Below the pieces are notes generated by a model. That model had not been told where the DNA came from. It searched no databases and saw only the letters and a list, made by a program, of their open reading frames with translations. Shown here one piece after another: positions 1 to 15,600 of a DNA stretch of 46,479 bases. The translations under genes were made by a program, and so were the position numbers. Every line of letters begins with the position of its first letter. Within the stretch, counting starts at the first letter, position 1. The DNA lies in NCBI GenBank assembly GCA_032718475.1, contig JAUCBJ010003370.1, positions 1-46,479 on the forward strand. The letters run 5' to 3'. Origin of the DNA: Nemertoderma westbladi (lineage: Eukaryota > Animalia > Xenacoelomorpha).

Positions 1-3000
1 TAATTGTTGTACTTTATTGTAATTGTTGTGCTTCATTGTAATTGTTGTACTTCATTGTAATTGTTGTACTTTATTGTAATTGTTGTGCTTCATTGTAATT
101 GTTGTGCTTCATTGTAATTGTTGTACTTTATTGTAATTGTTGTGCTTCATTGTAATTGTTGTACTTCATTGTAATTGTTGTGCTTCATTGTAATTGTTGT
201 GCTTCATTGTAATTGTTGTGCTTCATTGTAATTGTTGTACTTTATTGTAATTGTTGTGCTTCATTGTAATTGTTGTACTTCATTGTAATTGTTGTACTTC
301 ATTGTAATTGTTGTACTTTATTGTAATTGTTGTGCTTCATTGTAATTGTTGTACTTTATTGTAATTGTTGTGCTTCATTGTAATTGTTGTACTTCATTGT
401 AATTGTTGTACTTTATTGTAATTGTTGTGCTTCATTGTAATTGTTGTGCTTCATTGTAATTGTTGTACTTTATTGTAATTGTTGTGCTTCATTGTAATTG
501 TTGTACTTTATTGTAATTGTTGTGCTTCATTGTAATTGTTGTACTTCATTGTAATTGTTGTACTTCATTGTAATTGTTGTACTTTATTGTAATTGTTGTG
601 CTTCATTGTAATTGTTGTACTTTATTGTAATTGTTGTGCTTCATTGTAATTGTTGTACTTCATTGTAATTGTTGTACTTTATTGTAATTGTTGTGCTTCA
701 TTGTAATTGTTGTGCTTCATTGTAATTGTTGTACTTTATTGTAATTGTTGTGCTTCATTGTAATTGTTGTACTTCATTGTAATTGTTGTGCTTCATTGTA
801 ATTGTTGTACTTCATTGTAATTGTTGTGCTTCATTGTAATTGTTGTACTTCATTGTAATTGTTGTGCTTCATTGTAATTGTTGTACTTCATTGTAATTGT
901 TGTACTTTATTGTAATTGTTGTGCTTCATTGTAATTGTTGTACTTCATTGTAATTGTTGTGCTTCATTGTAATTGTTGTACTTCATTGTAATTGTTGTAC
1001 TTTATTGTAATTGTTGTGCTTCATTGTAATTGTTGTACTTTATTGTAATTGTTGTGCTTCATTGTAATTGTTGTACTTCATTGTAATTGTTGTACTTCAT
1101 TGTAATTGTTGTACTTTATTGTAATTGTTGTGCTTCATTGTAATTGTTGTACTTTATTGTAATTGTTGTGCTTCATTGTAATTGTTGTACTTCATTGTAA
1201 TTGTTGTACTTTATTGTAATTGTTGTGCTTCATTGTAATTGTTGTACTTCATTGTAATTGTTGTGCTTCATTGTAATTGTTGTACTTTATTGTAATTGTT
1301 GTGCTTCATTGTAATTGTTGTACTTTATTGTAATTGTTGTGCTTCATTGTAATTGTTGTGCTTCATTGTAATTGTTGTACTTCATTGTAATTGTTGTACT
1401 TTATTGTAATTGTTGTGCTTCATTGTAATTGTTGTACTTTATTGTAATTGTTGTGCTTCATTGTAATTGTTGTACTTTATTGTAATTGTTGTGCTTCATT
1501 GTAATTGTTGTACTTTATTGTAATTGTTGTGCTTCATTGTAATTGTTGTACTTCATTGTAATTGTTGTACTTCATTGTAATTGTTGTACTTTATTGTAAT
1601 TGTTGTGCTTCATTGTAATTGTTGTACTTTATTGTAATTGTTGTGCTTCATTGTAATTGTTGTACTTCATTGTAATTGTTGTACTTTATTGTAATTGTTG
1701 TGCTTCATTGTAATTGTTGTGCTTCATTGTAATTGTTGTACTTTATTGTAATTGTTGTGCTTCATTGTAATTGTTGTACTTCATTGTAATTGTTGTGCTT
1801 CATTGTAATTGTTGTACTTTATTGTAATTGTTGTGCTTCATTGTAATTGTTGTACTTCATTGTAATTGTTGTACTTTATTGTAATTGTTGTGCTTCATTG
1901 TAATTGTTGTGCTTCATTGTAATTGTTGTACTTCATTGTAATTGTTGTACTTTATTGTAATTGTTGTGCTTCATTGTAATTGTTGTACTTTATTGTAATT
2001 GTTGTGCTTCATTGTAATTGTTGTACTTCATTGTAATTGTTGTACTTTATTGTAATTGTTGTGCTTCATTGTAATTGTTGTGCTTCATTGTAATTGTTGT
2101 ACTTTATTGTAATTGTTGTGCTTCATTGTAATTGTTGTACTTCATTGTAATTGTTGTACTTCATTGTAATTGTTGTACTTTATTGTAATTGTTGTGCTTC
2201 ATTGTAATTGTTGTACTTTATTGTAATTGTTGTGCTTCATTGTAATTGTTGTACTTCATTGTAATTGTTGTACTTTATTGTAATTGTTGTGCTTCATTGT
2301 AATTGTTGTGCTTCATTGTAATTGTTGTACTTTATTGTAATTGTTGTGCTTCATTGTAATTGTTGTACTTCATTGTAATTGTTGTACTTTATTGTAATTG
2401 TTGTGCTTCATTGTAATTGTTGTACTTTATTGTAATTGTTGTGCTTCATTGTAATTGTTGTGCTTCATTGTAATTGTTGTGCTTCATTGTAATTGTTGTA
2501 CTTTATTGTAATTGTTGTGCTTCATTGTAATTGTTGTACTTTATTGTAATTGTTGTGCTTCATTGTAATTGTTGTACTTTATTGTAATTGTTGTGCTTCA
2601 TTGTAATTGTTGTACTTTATTGTAATTGTTGTGCTTCATTGTAATTGTTGTGCTTCATTGTAATTGTTGTACTTTATTGTAATTGTTGTGCTTCATTGTA
2701 ATTGTTGTACTTCATTGTAATTGTTGTACTTTATTGTAATTGTTGTGCTTCATTGTAATTGTTGTGCTTCATTGTAATTGTTGTGCTTCATTGTAATTGT
2801 TGTACTTTATTGTAATTGTTGTGCTTCATTGTAATTGTTGTACTTTATTGTAATTGTTGTGCTTCATTGTAATTGTTGTACTTTATTGTAATTGTTGTGC
2901 TTCATTGTAATTGTTGTACTTTATTGTAATTGTTGTGCTTCATTGTAATTGTTGTGCTTCATTGTAATTGTTGTACTTTATTGTAATTGTTGTGCTTCAT

Positions 3001-3602
3001 TGTAATTGTTGTACTTCATTGTAATTGTTGTACTTTATTGTAATTGTTGTGCTTCATTGTAATTGTTGTGCTTCATTGTAATTGTTGTACTTCATTGTAA
3101 TTGTTGTACTTTATTGTAATTGTTGTACTTCATTGTAATTGTTGTGCTTCATTGTAATTGTTGTACTTTATTGTAATTGTTGTGCTTCATTGTAATTGTT
3201 GTGCTTCATTGTAATTGTTGTACTTTATTGTAATTGTTGTGCTTCATTGTAATTGTTGTGCTTCATTGTAATTGTTGTACTTTATTGTAATTGTTGTGCT
3301 TCATTGTAATTGTTGTACTTCATTGTAATTGTTGTACTTTATTGTAATTGTTGTACTTCATTGTAATTGTTGTGCTTCATTGTAATTGTTGTGCTTCATT
3401 GTAATTGTTGTACTTCATTGTAATTGTTGTACTTCATTGTAATTGTTGTGCTTCATTGTAATTGTTGTGCTTCATTGTAATTGTTGTGCTTCATTGTAAT
3501 TGTTGTGCTTCATTGTAATTGTTGTACTTCATTGTAATTGTTGTGCTTCATTGTAATTGTTGTACTTTATTGTAATTGTTGTGCTTTATTGTAATTGTTG
3601 TA

Positions 3603-6600
3603 CTTCATTGTAATTGTTGTGCTTCATTGTAATTGTTGTGCTTCATTGTAATTGTTGTGCTTCATTGTAATTGTTGTACTTTATTGTAATTGTTGTGCTT
3701 TATTGTAATTCTCGTACTTTATTGTAATTGTTGTGCTTCATTGTAATTGTTGTACTTTATTGTAATTGTTGTGCTTCATTGTAATTGTTGTGCTTCATTG
3801 TAATTGTTGTGCTTTATTGTAATTCTCGTACTTTATTGTAATTGTTGTGCTTCATTGTAATTGTTGTGCTTTATTGTAATTGTCGTACTTTATTGTAATT
3901 CTCGTACTTTATTGTAATTGTTGTGCTTCATTGTAATTGTTGTGCTTTATTGTAATTGTCGTACTTTATTGTAATTCTCGTACTTTATTGTAATTGTTGT
4001 GCTTCATTGTAATTGTTGTACTTTATTGTAATTGTTGTACTTCATTGTAATTGTTGTACTTTATTGTAATTGTTGTGCTTCATTGTAATTGTTGTGCTTC
4101 ATTGTAATTGTTGTACTTCATTGTAATTGTTGTGCTTCATTGTAATTGTTGTACTTTATTGTAATTGTTGTGCTTTATTGTAATTGTTGTACTTCATTGT
4201 AATTGTTGTGCTTCATTGTAATTGTTGTGCTTCATTGTAATTGTTGTACTTTATTGTAATTGTTGTGCTTCATTGTAATTGTTGTGCTTCATTGTAATTG
4301 TTGTGCTTTATTGTAATTCTCGTACTTTATTGTAATTGTTGTGCTTCATTGTAATTGTTGTGCTTTATTGTAATTGTCGTACTTTATTGTAATTCTCGTA
4401 CTTTATTGTAATTGTTGTGCTTCATTGTAATTGTTGTACTTTATTGTAATTGTTGTGCTTCATTGTAATTGTTGTGCTTCATTGTAATTGTTGTGCTTCA
4501 TTGTAATTGTTGTGCTTCATTGTAATTGTTGTGCTTCATTGTAATTGTTGTGCTTCATTGTAATTGTTGTGCTTCATTGTAATTGTTGTGCTTCATTGTA
4601 ATTGTTGTACTTTATTGTAATTGTTGTGCTTCATTGTAATTGTTGTACTTCATTGTAATTGTTGTACTTTATTGTAATTGTTGTGCTTCATTGTAATTGT
4701 TGTGCTTCATTGTAATTGTTGTGCTTCATTGTAATTGTTGTGCTTCATTGTAATTGTTGTGCTTCATTGTAATTGTTGTGCTTCATTGTAATTGTTGTGC
4801 TTCATTGTAATTGTTGTGCTTCATTGTAATTGTTGTACTTCATTGTAATTGTTGTGCTTCATTGTAATTGTTGTACTTTATTGTAATTGTTGTGCTTTAT
4901 TGTAATTGTTGTACTTCATTGTAATTGTTGTGCTTCATTGTAATTGTTGTGCTTCATTGTAATTGTTGTGCTTCATTGTAATTGTTGTACTTTATTGTAA
5001 TTGTTGTGCTTTATTGTAATTCTCGTACTTTATTGTAATTGTTGTGCTTCATTGTAATTGTTGTACTTTATTGTAATTGTTGTGCTTCATTGTAATTGTT
5101 GTGCTTCATTGTAATTGTTGTGCTTTATTGTAATTCTCGTACTTTATTGTAATTGTTGTGCTTCATTGTAATTGTTGTGCTTTATTGTAATTGTCGTACT
5201 TTATTGTAATTCTCGTACTTTATTGTAATTGTTGTGCTTCATTGTAATTGTTGTACTTTATTGTAATTGTTGTGCTTCATTGTAATTGTTGTGCTTCATT
5301 GTAATTGTTGTGCTTCATTGTAATTGTTGTACTTTATTGTAATTGTTGTACTTTATTGTAATTGTTGTACTTCATTGTAATTGTTGTACTTCATTGTAAT
5401 TGTTGTACTTCATTGTAATTGTTGTGCTTCATTGTAATTGTTGTGCTTCATTGTAATTGTTGTGCTTCATTGTAATTGTTGTACTTTATTGTAATTGTTG
5501 TACTTCATTGTAATTGTTGTACTTCATTGTAATTGTTGTACTTCATTGTAATTGTTGTGCTTCATTGTAATTGTTGTGCTTCATTGTAATTGTTGTACTT
5601 CATTGTAATTGTTGTGCTTCATTGTATTTGTTGTGCTTTATTGTAATTGTTGTACTTTATTGTAATTGTTGTACTTTATTGTAATTGTTGTACTTTATTG
5701 TAATTGTTGTACTTTATTGTAATTGTTGTACTTTATTGTAATTGTTGTACTTTATTGTAATTGTTGTGCTTCATTGTAATTGTTGTACTTTATTGTAATT
5801 GTTGTGCTTCATTGTAATTGTTGTGCTTCATTGTAATTGTTGTACTTTATTGTAATTGTTGTACTTCATTGTAATTGTTGTACTTTATTGTAATTGTTGT
5901 ACTTTATTGTAATTGTTGTACTTTATTGTAATTGTTGTACTTTATTGTAATTGTTGTACTTTATTGTAATTGTTGTACTTTATTGTAATTGTTGTGCTTC
6001 ATTGTAATTGTTGTACTTTATTGTAATTGTTGTGCTTCATTGTAATTGTTGTGCTTCATTGTATTTGTTGTGCTTTATTGTAATTGTTGTACTTTATTGT
6101 AATTGTTGTACTTTATTGTAATTGTTGTACTTTATTGTAATTGTTGTACTTTATTGTAATTGTTGTACTTTATTGTAATTGTTGTGCTTCATTGTAATTG
6201 TTGTGCTTCATTGTAATTGTTGTACTTTATTGTAATTGTTGTGCTTCATTGTAATTGTTGTGCTTCATTGTAATTGTTGTACTTTATTGTAATTGTTGTG
6301 CTTCATTGTAATTGTTGTGCTTCATTGTAATTGTTGTGCTTCATTGTAATTGTTGTACTTTATTGTAATTGTTGTACTTTATTGTAATTGTTGTACTTCA
6401 TTGTAATTGTTGTACTTCATTGTAATTGTTGTACTTCATTGTAATTGTTGTGCTTCATTGTAATTGTTGTGCTTCATTGTAATTGTTGTGCTTCATTGTA
6501 ATTGTTGTACTTTATTGTAATTGTTGTACTTCATTGTAATTGTTGTACTTCATTGTAATTGTTGTACTTCATTGTAATTGTTGTGCTTCATTGTAATTGT

Positions 6601-9600
6601 TGTGCTTCATTGTAATTGTTGTGCTTCATTGTAATTGTTGTACTTTATTGTAATTGTTGTACTTTATTGTAATTGTTGTACTTCATTGTAATTGTTGCAC
6701 TTTATTGTAATTGTTGCACTTTATTGTAATTGTTGTGCTTCATTGTAATTGTTGTGCTTCATTGTAATTGTTGTGCTTCATTGTAATTGTTGTGCTTCAT
6801 TGTAATTGTTGTGCTTCATTGTAATTGTTGTGCTTCATTGTAATTGTTGTGCTTTATTGTAATTGTTGTGCTTCATTGTAATTGTTGTACTTCATTGTAA
6901 TTGTTGTACTTTATTGTAATTGTTGTGCTTCATTGTAATTGTTGTGCTTCATTGTAATTGTTGTACTTCATTGTAATTGTTGTACTTTATTGTAATTGTT
7001 GTGCTTCATTGTAATTGTTGTGCTTCATTGTAATTGTTGTACTTCATTGTAATTGTTGTACTTTATTGTAATTGTTGTGCTTCATTGTAATTGTTGTACT
7101 TTATTGTAATTGTTGTGCTTCATTGTAATTGTTGTACTTTATTGTAATTGTTGTGCTTCATTGTAATTGTTGTACTTTATTGTAATTGTTGTGCTTCATT
7201 GTAATTGTTGTGCTTCATTGTAATTGTTGTACTTTATTGTAATTGTTGTGCTTCATTGTAATTGTTGTACTTTATTGTAATTGTTGTGCTTCATTGTAAT
7301 TGTTGTACTTTATTGTAATTGTTGTGCTTCATTGTAATTGTTGTACTTTATTGTAATTGTTGTGCTTCATTGTAATTGTTGTACTTTATTGTAATTGTTG
7401 TGCTTCATTGTAATTGTTGTACTTTATTGTAATTGTTGTGCTTCATTGTAATTGTTGTACTTTATTGTAATTGTTGCACTTTATTGTAATTGTTGCACTT
7501 TATTGTAATTGTTGTGCTTCATTGTAATTGTTGTGCTTCATTGTAATTGTTGTGCTTCATTGTAATTGTTGTGCTTCATTGTAATTGTTGTGCTTCATTG
7601 TAATTGTTGTGCTTCATTGTAATTGTTGTGCTTTATTGTAATTGTTGTGCTTCATTGTAATTGTTGTACTTCATTGTAATTGTTGTACTTTATTGTAATT
7701 GTTGTGCTTCATTGTAATTGTTGTGCTTCATTGTAATTGTTGTACTTCATTGTAATTGTTGTACTTTATTGTAATTGTTGTGCTTCATTGTAATTGTTGT
7801 ACTTTATTGTAATTGTTGTGCTTCATTGTAATTGTTGTACTTTATTGTAATTGTTGTGCTTCATTGTAATTGTTGTACTTTATTGTAATTGTTGCACTTT
7901 ATTGTAATTGTTGCACTTTATTGTAATTGTTGTGCTTCATTGTAATTGTTGTGCTTCATTGTAATTGTTGTACTTTATTGTAATTGTTGTGCTTCATTGT
8001 AATTGTTGTACTTTATTGTAATTGTTGTGCTTCATTGTAATTGTTGTACTTTATTGTAATTGTTGCACTTTATTGTAATTGTTGTACTTTATTGTAATTG
8101 TTGTGCTTCATTGTAATTGTTGTGCTTCATTGTAATTGTTGTGCTTCATTGTAATTGTTGTACTTTATTGTAATTGTTGTGCTTCATTGTAATTGTTGTA
8201 CTTTATTGTAATTGTTGTACTTTATTGTAATTGTTGTGCTTCATTGTAATTGTTGTGCTTCATTGTAATTGTTGTACTTCATTGTAATTGTTGTACTTTA
8301 TTGTAATTGTTGTGCTTCATTGTAATTGTTGTACTTTATTGTAATTGTTGTGCTTCATTGTAATTGTTGTACTTTATTGTAATTGTTGTGCTTCATTGTA
8401 ATTGTTGTACTTTATTGTAATTGTTGCACTTTATTGTAATTGTTGCACTTTATTGTAATTGTTGTGCTTCATTGTAATTGTTGTACTTTATTGTAATTGT
8501 TGTGCTTCATTGTAATTGTTGTACTTTATTGTAATTGTTGTGCTTCATTGTAATTGTTGTACTTTATTGTAATTGTTGTGCTTCATTGTAATTGTTGTGC
8601 TTCATTGTAATTGTTGTACTTTATTGTAATTGTTGTGCTTCATTGTAATTGTTGTACTTTATTGTAATTGTTGCACTTTATTGTAATTGTTGCACTTTAT
8701 TGTAATTGTTGTACTTTATTGTAATTGTTGTGCTTCATTGTAATTGTTGTACTTTATTGTAATTGTTGTGCTTCATTGTAATTGTTGTACTTTATTGTAA
8801 TTGTTGTGCTTCATTGTAATTGTTGTACTTCATTGTAATTGTTGTACTTTATTGTAATTGTTGTACTTTATTGTAATTGTTGTACTTTATTGTAATTGTT
8901 GTGCTTCATTGTAATTGTTGTACTTTATTGTAATTGTTGTGCTTCATTGTAATTGTTGTACTTTATTGTAATTGTTGTGCTTCATTGTAATTGTTGTACT
9001 TTATTGTAATTGTTGTGCTTCATTGTAATTGTTGTACTTTATTGTAATTGTTGTGCTTCATTGTAATTGTTGTACTTTATTGTAATTGTTGTGCTTCATT
9101 GTAATTGTTGTACTTTATTGTAATTGTTGCACTTTATTGTAATTGTTGCACTTTATTGTAATTGTTGTGCTTCATTGTAATTGTTGTGCTTCATTGTAAT
9201 TGTTGTGCTTCATTGTAATTGTTGTGCTTCATTGTAATTGTTGTGCTTCATTGTAATTGTTGTGCTTCATTGTAATTGTTGTGCTTTATTGTAATTGTTG
9301 TGCTTCATTGTAATTGTTGTACTTCATTGTAATTGTTGTACTTTATTGTAATTGTTGTGCTTCATTGTAATTGTTGTGCTTCATTGTAATTGTTGTACTT
9401 CATTGTAATTGTTGTACTTTATTGTAATTGTTGTGCTTCATTGTAATTGTTGTGCTTCATTGTAATTGTTGTACTTCATTGTAATTGTTGTACTTTATTG
9501 TAATTGTTGTGCTTCATTGTAATTGTTGTACTTTATTGTAATTGTTGTGCTTCATTGTAATTGTTGTACTTTATTGTAATTGTTGTGCTTCATTGTAATT

Positions 9601-12600
9601 GTTGTACTTTATTGTAATTGTTGTGCTTCATTGTAATTGTTGTGCTTCATTGTAATTGTTGTACTTTATTGTAATTGTTGTGCTTCATTGTAATTGTTGT
9701 ACTTTATTGTAATTGTTGTGCTTCATTGTAATTGTTGTACTTTATTGTAATTGTTGTGCTTCATTGTAATTGTTGTACTTTATTGTAATTGTTGTGCTTC
9801 ATTGTAATTGTTGTACTTTATTGTAATTGTTGTGCTTCATTGTAATTGTTGTGCTTCATTGTAATTGTTGTGCTTCATTGTAATTGTTGTGCTTCATTGT
9901 AATTGTTGTGCTTCATTGTAATTGTTGTGCTTCATTGTAATTGTTGTACTTTATTGTAATTGTTGTGCTTTATTGTAATTCTCGTACTTTATTGTAATTG
10001 TTGTGCTTCATTGTAATTGTTGTACTTTATTGTAATTGTTGTGCTTCATTGTAATTGTTGTGCTTCATTGTAATTGTTGTGCTTTATTGTAATTCTCGTA
10101 CTTTATTGTAATTGTTGTGCTTCATTGTAATTGTTGTGCTTTATTGTAATTGTCGTACTTTATTGTAATTCTCGTACTTTATTGTAATTGTTGTGCTTCA
10201 TTGTAATTGTTGTGCTTTATTGTAATTGTCGTACTTTATTGTAATTCTCGTACTTTATTGTAATTGTTGTGCTTCATTGTAATTGTTGTACTTTATTGTA
10301 ATTGTTGTACTTCATTGTAATTGTTGTACTTTATTGTAATTGTTGTGCTTCATTGTAATTGTTGTGCTTCATTGTAATTGTTGTACTTCATTGTAATTGT
10401 TGTGCTTCATTGTAATTGTTGTACTTTATTGTAATTGTTGTGCTTTATTGTAATTGTTGTACTTCATTGTAATTGTTGTGCTTCATTGTAATTGTTGTGC
10501 TTCATTGTAATTGTTGTACTTTATTGTAATTGTTGTGCTTCATTGTAATTGTTGTGCTTCATTGTAATTGTTGTGCTTTATTGTAATTCTCGTACTTTAT
10601 TGTAATTGTTGTGCTTCATTGTAATTGTTGTGCTTTATTGTAATTGTCGTACTTTATTGTAATTCTCGTACTTTATTGTAATTGTTGTGCTTCATTGTAA
10701 TTGTTGTACTTTATTGTAATTGTTGTGCTTCATTGTAATTGTTGTGCTTCATTGTAATTGTTGTGCTTCATTGTAATTGTTGTGCTTCATTGTAATTGTT
10801 GTGCTTCATTGTAATTGTTGTGCTTCATTGTAATTGTTGTGCTTCATTGTAATTGTTGTGCTTCATTGTAATTGTTGTACTTTATTGTAATTGTTGTGCT
10901 TCATTGTAATTGTTGTACTTCATTGTAATTGTTGTACTTTATTGTAATTGTTGTGCTTCATTGTAATTGTTGTGCTTCATTGTAATTGTTGTGCTTCATT
11001 GTAATTGTTGTGCTTCATTGTAATTGTTGTGCTTCATTGTAATTGTTGTGCTTCATTGTAATTGTTGTGCTTCATTGTAATTGTTGTGCTTCATTGTAAT
11101 TGTTGTACTTCATTGTAATTGTTGTGCTTCATTGTAATTGTTGTACTTTATTGTAATTGTTGTGCTTTATTGTAATTGTTGTACTTCATTGTAATTGTTG
11201 TGCTTCATTGTAATTGTTGTGCTTCATTGTAATTGTTGTGCTTCATTGTAATTGTTGTACTTTATTGTAATTGTTGTGCTTTATTGTAATTCTCGTACTT
11301 TATTGTAATTGTTGTGCTTCATTGTAATTGTTGTACTTTATTGTAATTGTTGTGCTTCATTGTAATTGTTGTGCTTCATTGTAATTGTTGTGCTTTATTG
11401 TAATTCTCGTACTTTATTGTAATTGTTGTGCTTCATTGTAATTGTTGTGCTTTATTGTAATTGTCGTACTTTATTGTAATTCTCGTACTTTATTGTAATT
11501 GTTGTGCTTCATTGTAATTGTTGTACTTTATTGTAATTGTTGTGCTTCATTGTAATTGTTGTGCTTCATTGTAATTGTTGTGCTTCATTGTAATTGTTGT
11601 ACTTTATTGTAATTGTTGTACTTTATTGTAATTGTTGTACTTCATTGTAATTGTTGTACTTCATTGTAATTGTTGTACTTCATTGTAATTGTTGTGCTTC
11701 ATTGTAATTGTTGTGCTTCATTGTAATTGTTGTGCTTCATTGTAATTGTTGTACTTTATTGTAATTGTTGTACTTCATTGTAATTGTTGTACTTCATTGT
11801 AATTGTTGTACTTCATTGTAATTGTTGTGCTTCATTGTAATTGTTGTGCTTCATTGTAATTGTTGTACTTCATTGTAATTGTTGTGCTTCATTGTATTTG
11901 TTGTGCTTTATTGTAATTGTTGTACTTTATTGTAATTGTTGTACTTTATTGTAATTGTTGTACTTTATTGTAATTGTTGTACTTTATTGTAATTGTTGTA
12001 CTTTATTGTAATTGTTGTACTTTATTGTAATTGTTGTGCTTCATTGTAATTGTTGTACTTTATTGTAATTGTTGTGCTTCATTGTAATTGTTGTGCTTCA
12101 TTGTAATTGTTGTACTTTATTGTAATTGTTGTACTTCATTGTAATTGTTGTACTTTATTGTAATTGTTGTACTTTATTGTAATTGTTGTACTTTATTGTA
12201 ATTGTTGTACTTTATTGTAATTGTTGTACTTTATTGTAATTGTTGTACTTTATTGTAATTGTTGTGCTTCATTGTAATTGTTGTACTTTATTGTAATTGT
12301 TGTGCTTCATTGTAATTGTTGTGCTTCATTGTATTTGTTGTGCTTTATTGTAATTGTTGTACTTTATTGTAATTGTTGTACTTTATTGTAATTGTTGTAC
12401 TTTATTGTAATTGTTGTACTTTATTGTAATTGTTGTACTTTATTGTAATTGTTGTGCTTCATTGTAATTGTTGTGCTTCATTGTAATTGTTGTACTTTAT
12501 TGTAATTGTTGTGCTTCATTGTAATTGTTGTGCTTCATTGTAATTGTTGTACTTTATTGTAATTGTTGTGCTTCATTGTAATTGTTGTGCTTCATTGTAA

Positions 12601-15600
12601 TTGTTGTGCTTCATTGTAATTGTTGTACTTTATTGTAATTGTTGTACTTTATTGTAATTGTTGTACTTCATTGTAATTGTTGTACTTCATTGTAATTGTT
12701 GTACTTCATTGTAATTGTTGTGCTTCATTGTAATTGTTGTGCTTCATTGTAATTGTTGTGCTTCATTGTAATTGTTGTACTTTATTGTAATTGTTGTACT
12801 TCATTGTAATTGTTGTACTTCATTGTAATTGTTGTACTTCATTGTAATTGTTGTGCTTCATTGTAATTGTTGTGCTTCATTGTAATTGTTGTGCTTCATT
12901 GTAATTGTTGTACTTTATTGTAATTGTTGTACTTTATTGTAATTGTTGTACTTCATTGTAATTGTTGCACTTTATTGTAATTGTTGCACTTTATTGTAAT
13001 TGTTGTGCTTCATTGTAATTGTTGTGCTTCATTGTAATTGTTGTGCTTCATTGTAATTGTTGTGCTTCATTGTAATTGTTGTGCTTCATTGTAATTGTTG
13101 TGCTTCATTGTAATTGTTGTGCTTTATTGTAATTGTTGTGCTTCATTGTAATTGTTGTACTTCATTGTAATTGTTGTACTTTATTGTAATTGTTGTGCTT
13201 CATTGTAATTGTTGTGCTTCATTGTAATTGTTGTACTTCATTGTAATTGTTGTACTTTATTGTAATTGTTGTGCTTCATTGTAATTGTTGTGCTTCATTG
13301 TAATTGTTGTACTTCATTGTAATTGTTGTACTTTATTGTAATTGTTGTGCTTCATTGTAATTGTTGTACTTTATTGTAATTGTTGTGCTTCATTGTAATT
13401 GTTGTACTTTATTGTAATTGTTGTGCTTCATTGTAATTGTTGTACTTTATTGTAATTGTTGTGCTTCATTGTAATTGTTGTGCTTCATTGTAATTGTTGT
13501 ACTTTATTGTAATTGTTGTGCTTCATTGTAATTGTTGTACTTTATTGTAATTGTTGTGCTTCATTGTAATTGTTGTACTTTATTGTAATTGTTGTGCTTC
13601 ATTGTAATTGTTGTACTTTATTGTAATTGTTGTGCTTCATTGTAATTGTTGTACTTTATTGTAATTGTTGTGCTTCATTGTAATTGTTGTACTTTATTGT
13701 AATTGTTGTGCTTCATTGTAATTGTTGTACTTTATTGTAATTGTTGCACTTTATTGTAATTGTTGCACTTTATTGTAATTGTTGTGCTTCATTGTAATTG
13801 TTGTGCTTCATTGTAATTGTTGTGCTTCATTGTAATTGTTGTGCTTCATTGTAATTGTTGTGCTTCATTGTAATTGTTGTGCTTCATTGTAATTGTTGTG
13901 CTTTATTGTAATTGTTGTGCTTCATTGTAATTGTTGTACTTCATTGTAATTGTTGTACTTTATTGTAATTGTTGTGCTTCATTGTAATTGTTGTGCTTCA
14001 TTGTAATTGTTGTACTTCATTGTAATTGTTGTACTTTATTGTAATTGTTGTGCTTCATTGTAATTGTTGTACTTTATTGTAATTGTTGTGCTTCATTGTA
14101 ATTGTTGTACTTTATTGTAATTGTTGTGCTTCATTGTAATTGTTGTACTTTATTGTAATTGTTGCACTTTATTGTAATTGTTGCACTTTATTGTAATTGT
14201 TGTGCTTCATTGTAATTGTTGTGCTTCATTGTAATTGTTGTACTTTATTGTAATTGTTGTGCTTCATTGTAATTGTTGTACTTTATTGTAATTGTTGTGC
14301 TTCATTGTAATTGTTGTACTTTATTGTAATTGTTGCACTTTATTGTAATTGTTGTACTTTATTGTAATTGTTGTGCTTCATTGTAATTGTTGTGCTTCAT
14401 TGTAATTGTTGTGCTTCATTGTAATTGTTGTACTTTATTGTAATTGTTGTGCTTCATTGTAATTGTTGTACTTTATTGTAATTGTTGTACTTTATTGTAA
14501 TTGTTGTGCTTCATTGTAATTGTTGTGCTTCATTGTAATTGTTGTACTTCATTGTAATTGTTGTACTTTATTGTAATTGTTGTGCTTCATTGTAATTGTT
14601 GTACTTTATTGTAATTGTTGTGCTTCATTGTAATTGTTGTACTTTATTGTAATTGTTGTGCTTCATTGTAATTGTTGTACTTTATTGTAATTGTTGCACT
14701 TTATTGTAATTGTTGCACTTTATTGTAATTGTTGTGCTTCATTGTAATTGTTGTACTTTATTGTAATTGTTGTGCTTCATTGTAATTGTTGTACTTTATT
14801 GTAATTGTTGTGCTTCATTGTAATTGTTGTACTTTATTGTAATTGTTGTGCTTCATTGTAATTGTTGTGCTTCATTGTAATTGTTGTACTTTATTGTAAT
14901 TGTTGTGCTTCATTGTAATTGTTGTACTTTATTGTAATTGTTGCACTTTATTGTAATTGTTGCACTTTATTGTAATTGTTGTACTTTATTGTAATTGTTG
15001 TGCTTCATTGTAATTGTTGTACTTTATTGTAATTGTTGTGCTTCATTGTAATTGTTGTACTTTATTGTAATTGTTGTGCTTCATTGTAATTGTTGTACTT
15101 CATTGTAATTGTTGTACTTTATTGTAATTGTTGTACTTTATTGTAATTGTTGTACTTTATTGTAATTGTTGTGCTTCATTGTAATTGTTGTACTTTATTG
15201 TAATTGTTGTGCTTCATTGTAATTGTTGTACTTTATTGTAATTGTTGTGCTTCATTGTAATTGTTGTACTTTATTGTAATTGTTGTGCTTCATTGTAATT
15301 GTTGTACTTTATTGTAATTGTTGTGCTTCATTGTAATTGTTGTACTTTATTGTAATTGTTGTGCTTCATTGTAATTGTTGTACTTTATTGTAATTGTTGC
15401 ACTTTATTGTAATTGTTGCACTTTATTGTAATTGTTGTGCTTCATTGTAATTGTTGTGCTTCATTGTAATTGTTGTGCTTCATTGTAATTGTTGTGCTTC
15501 ATTGTAATTGTTGTGCTTCATTGTAATTGTTGTGCTTCATTGTAATTGTTGTGCTTTATTGTAATTGTTGTGCTTCATTGTAATTGTTGTACTTCATTGT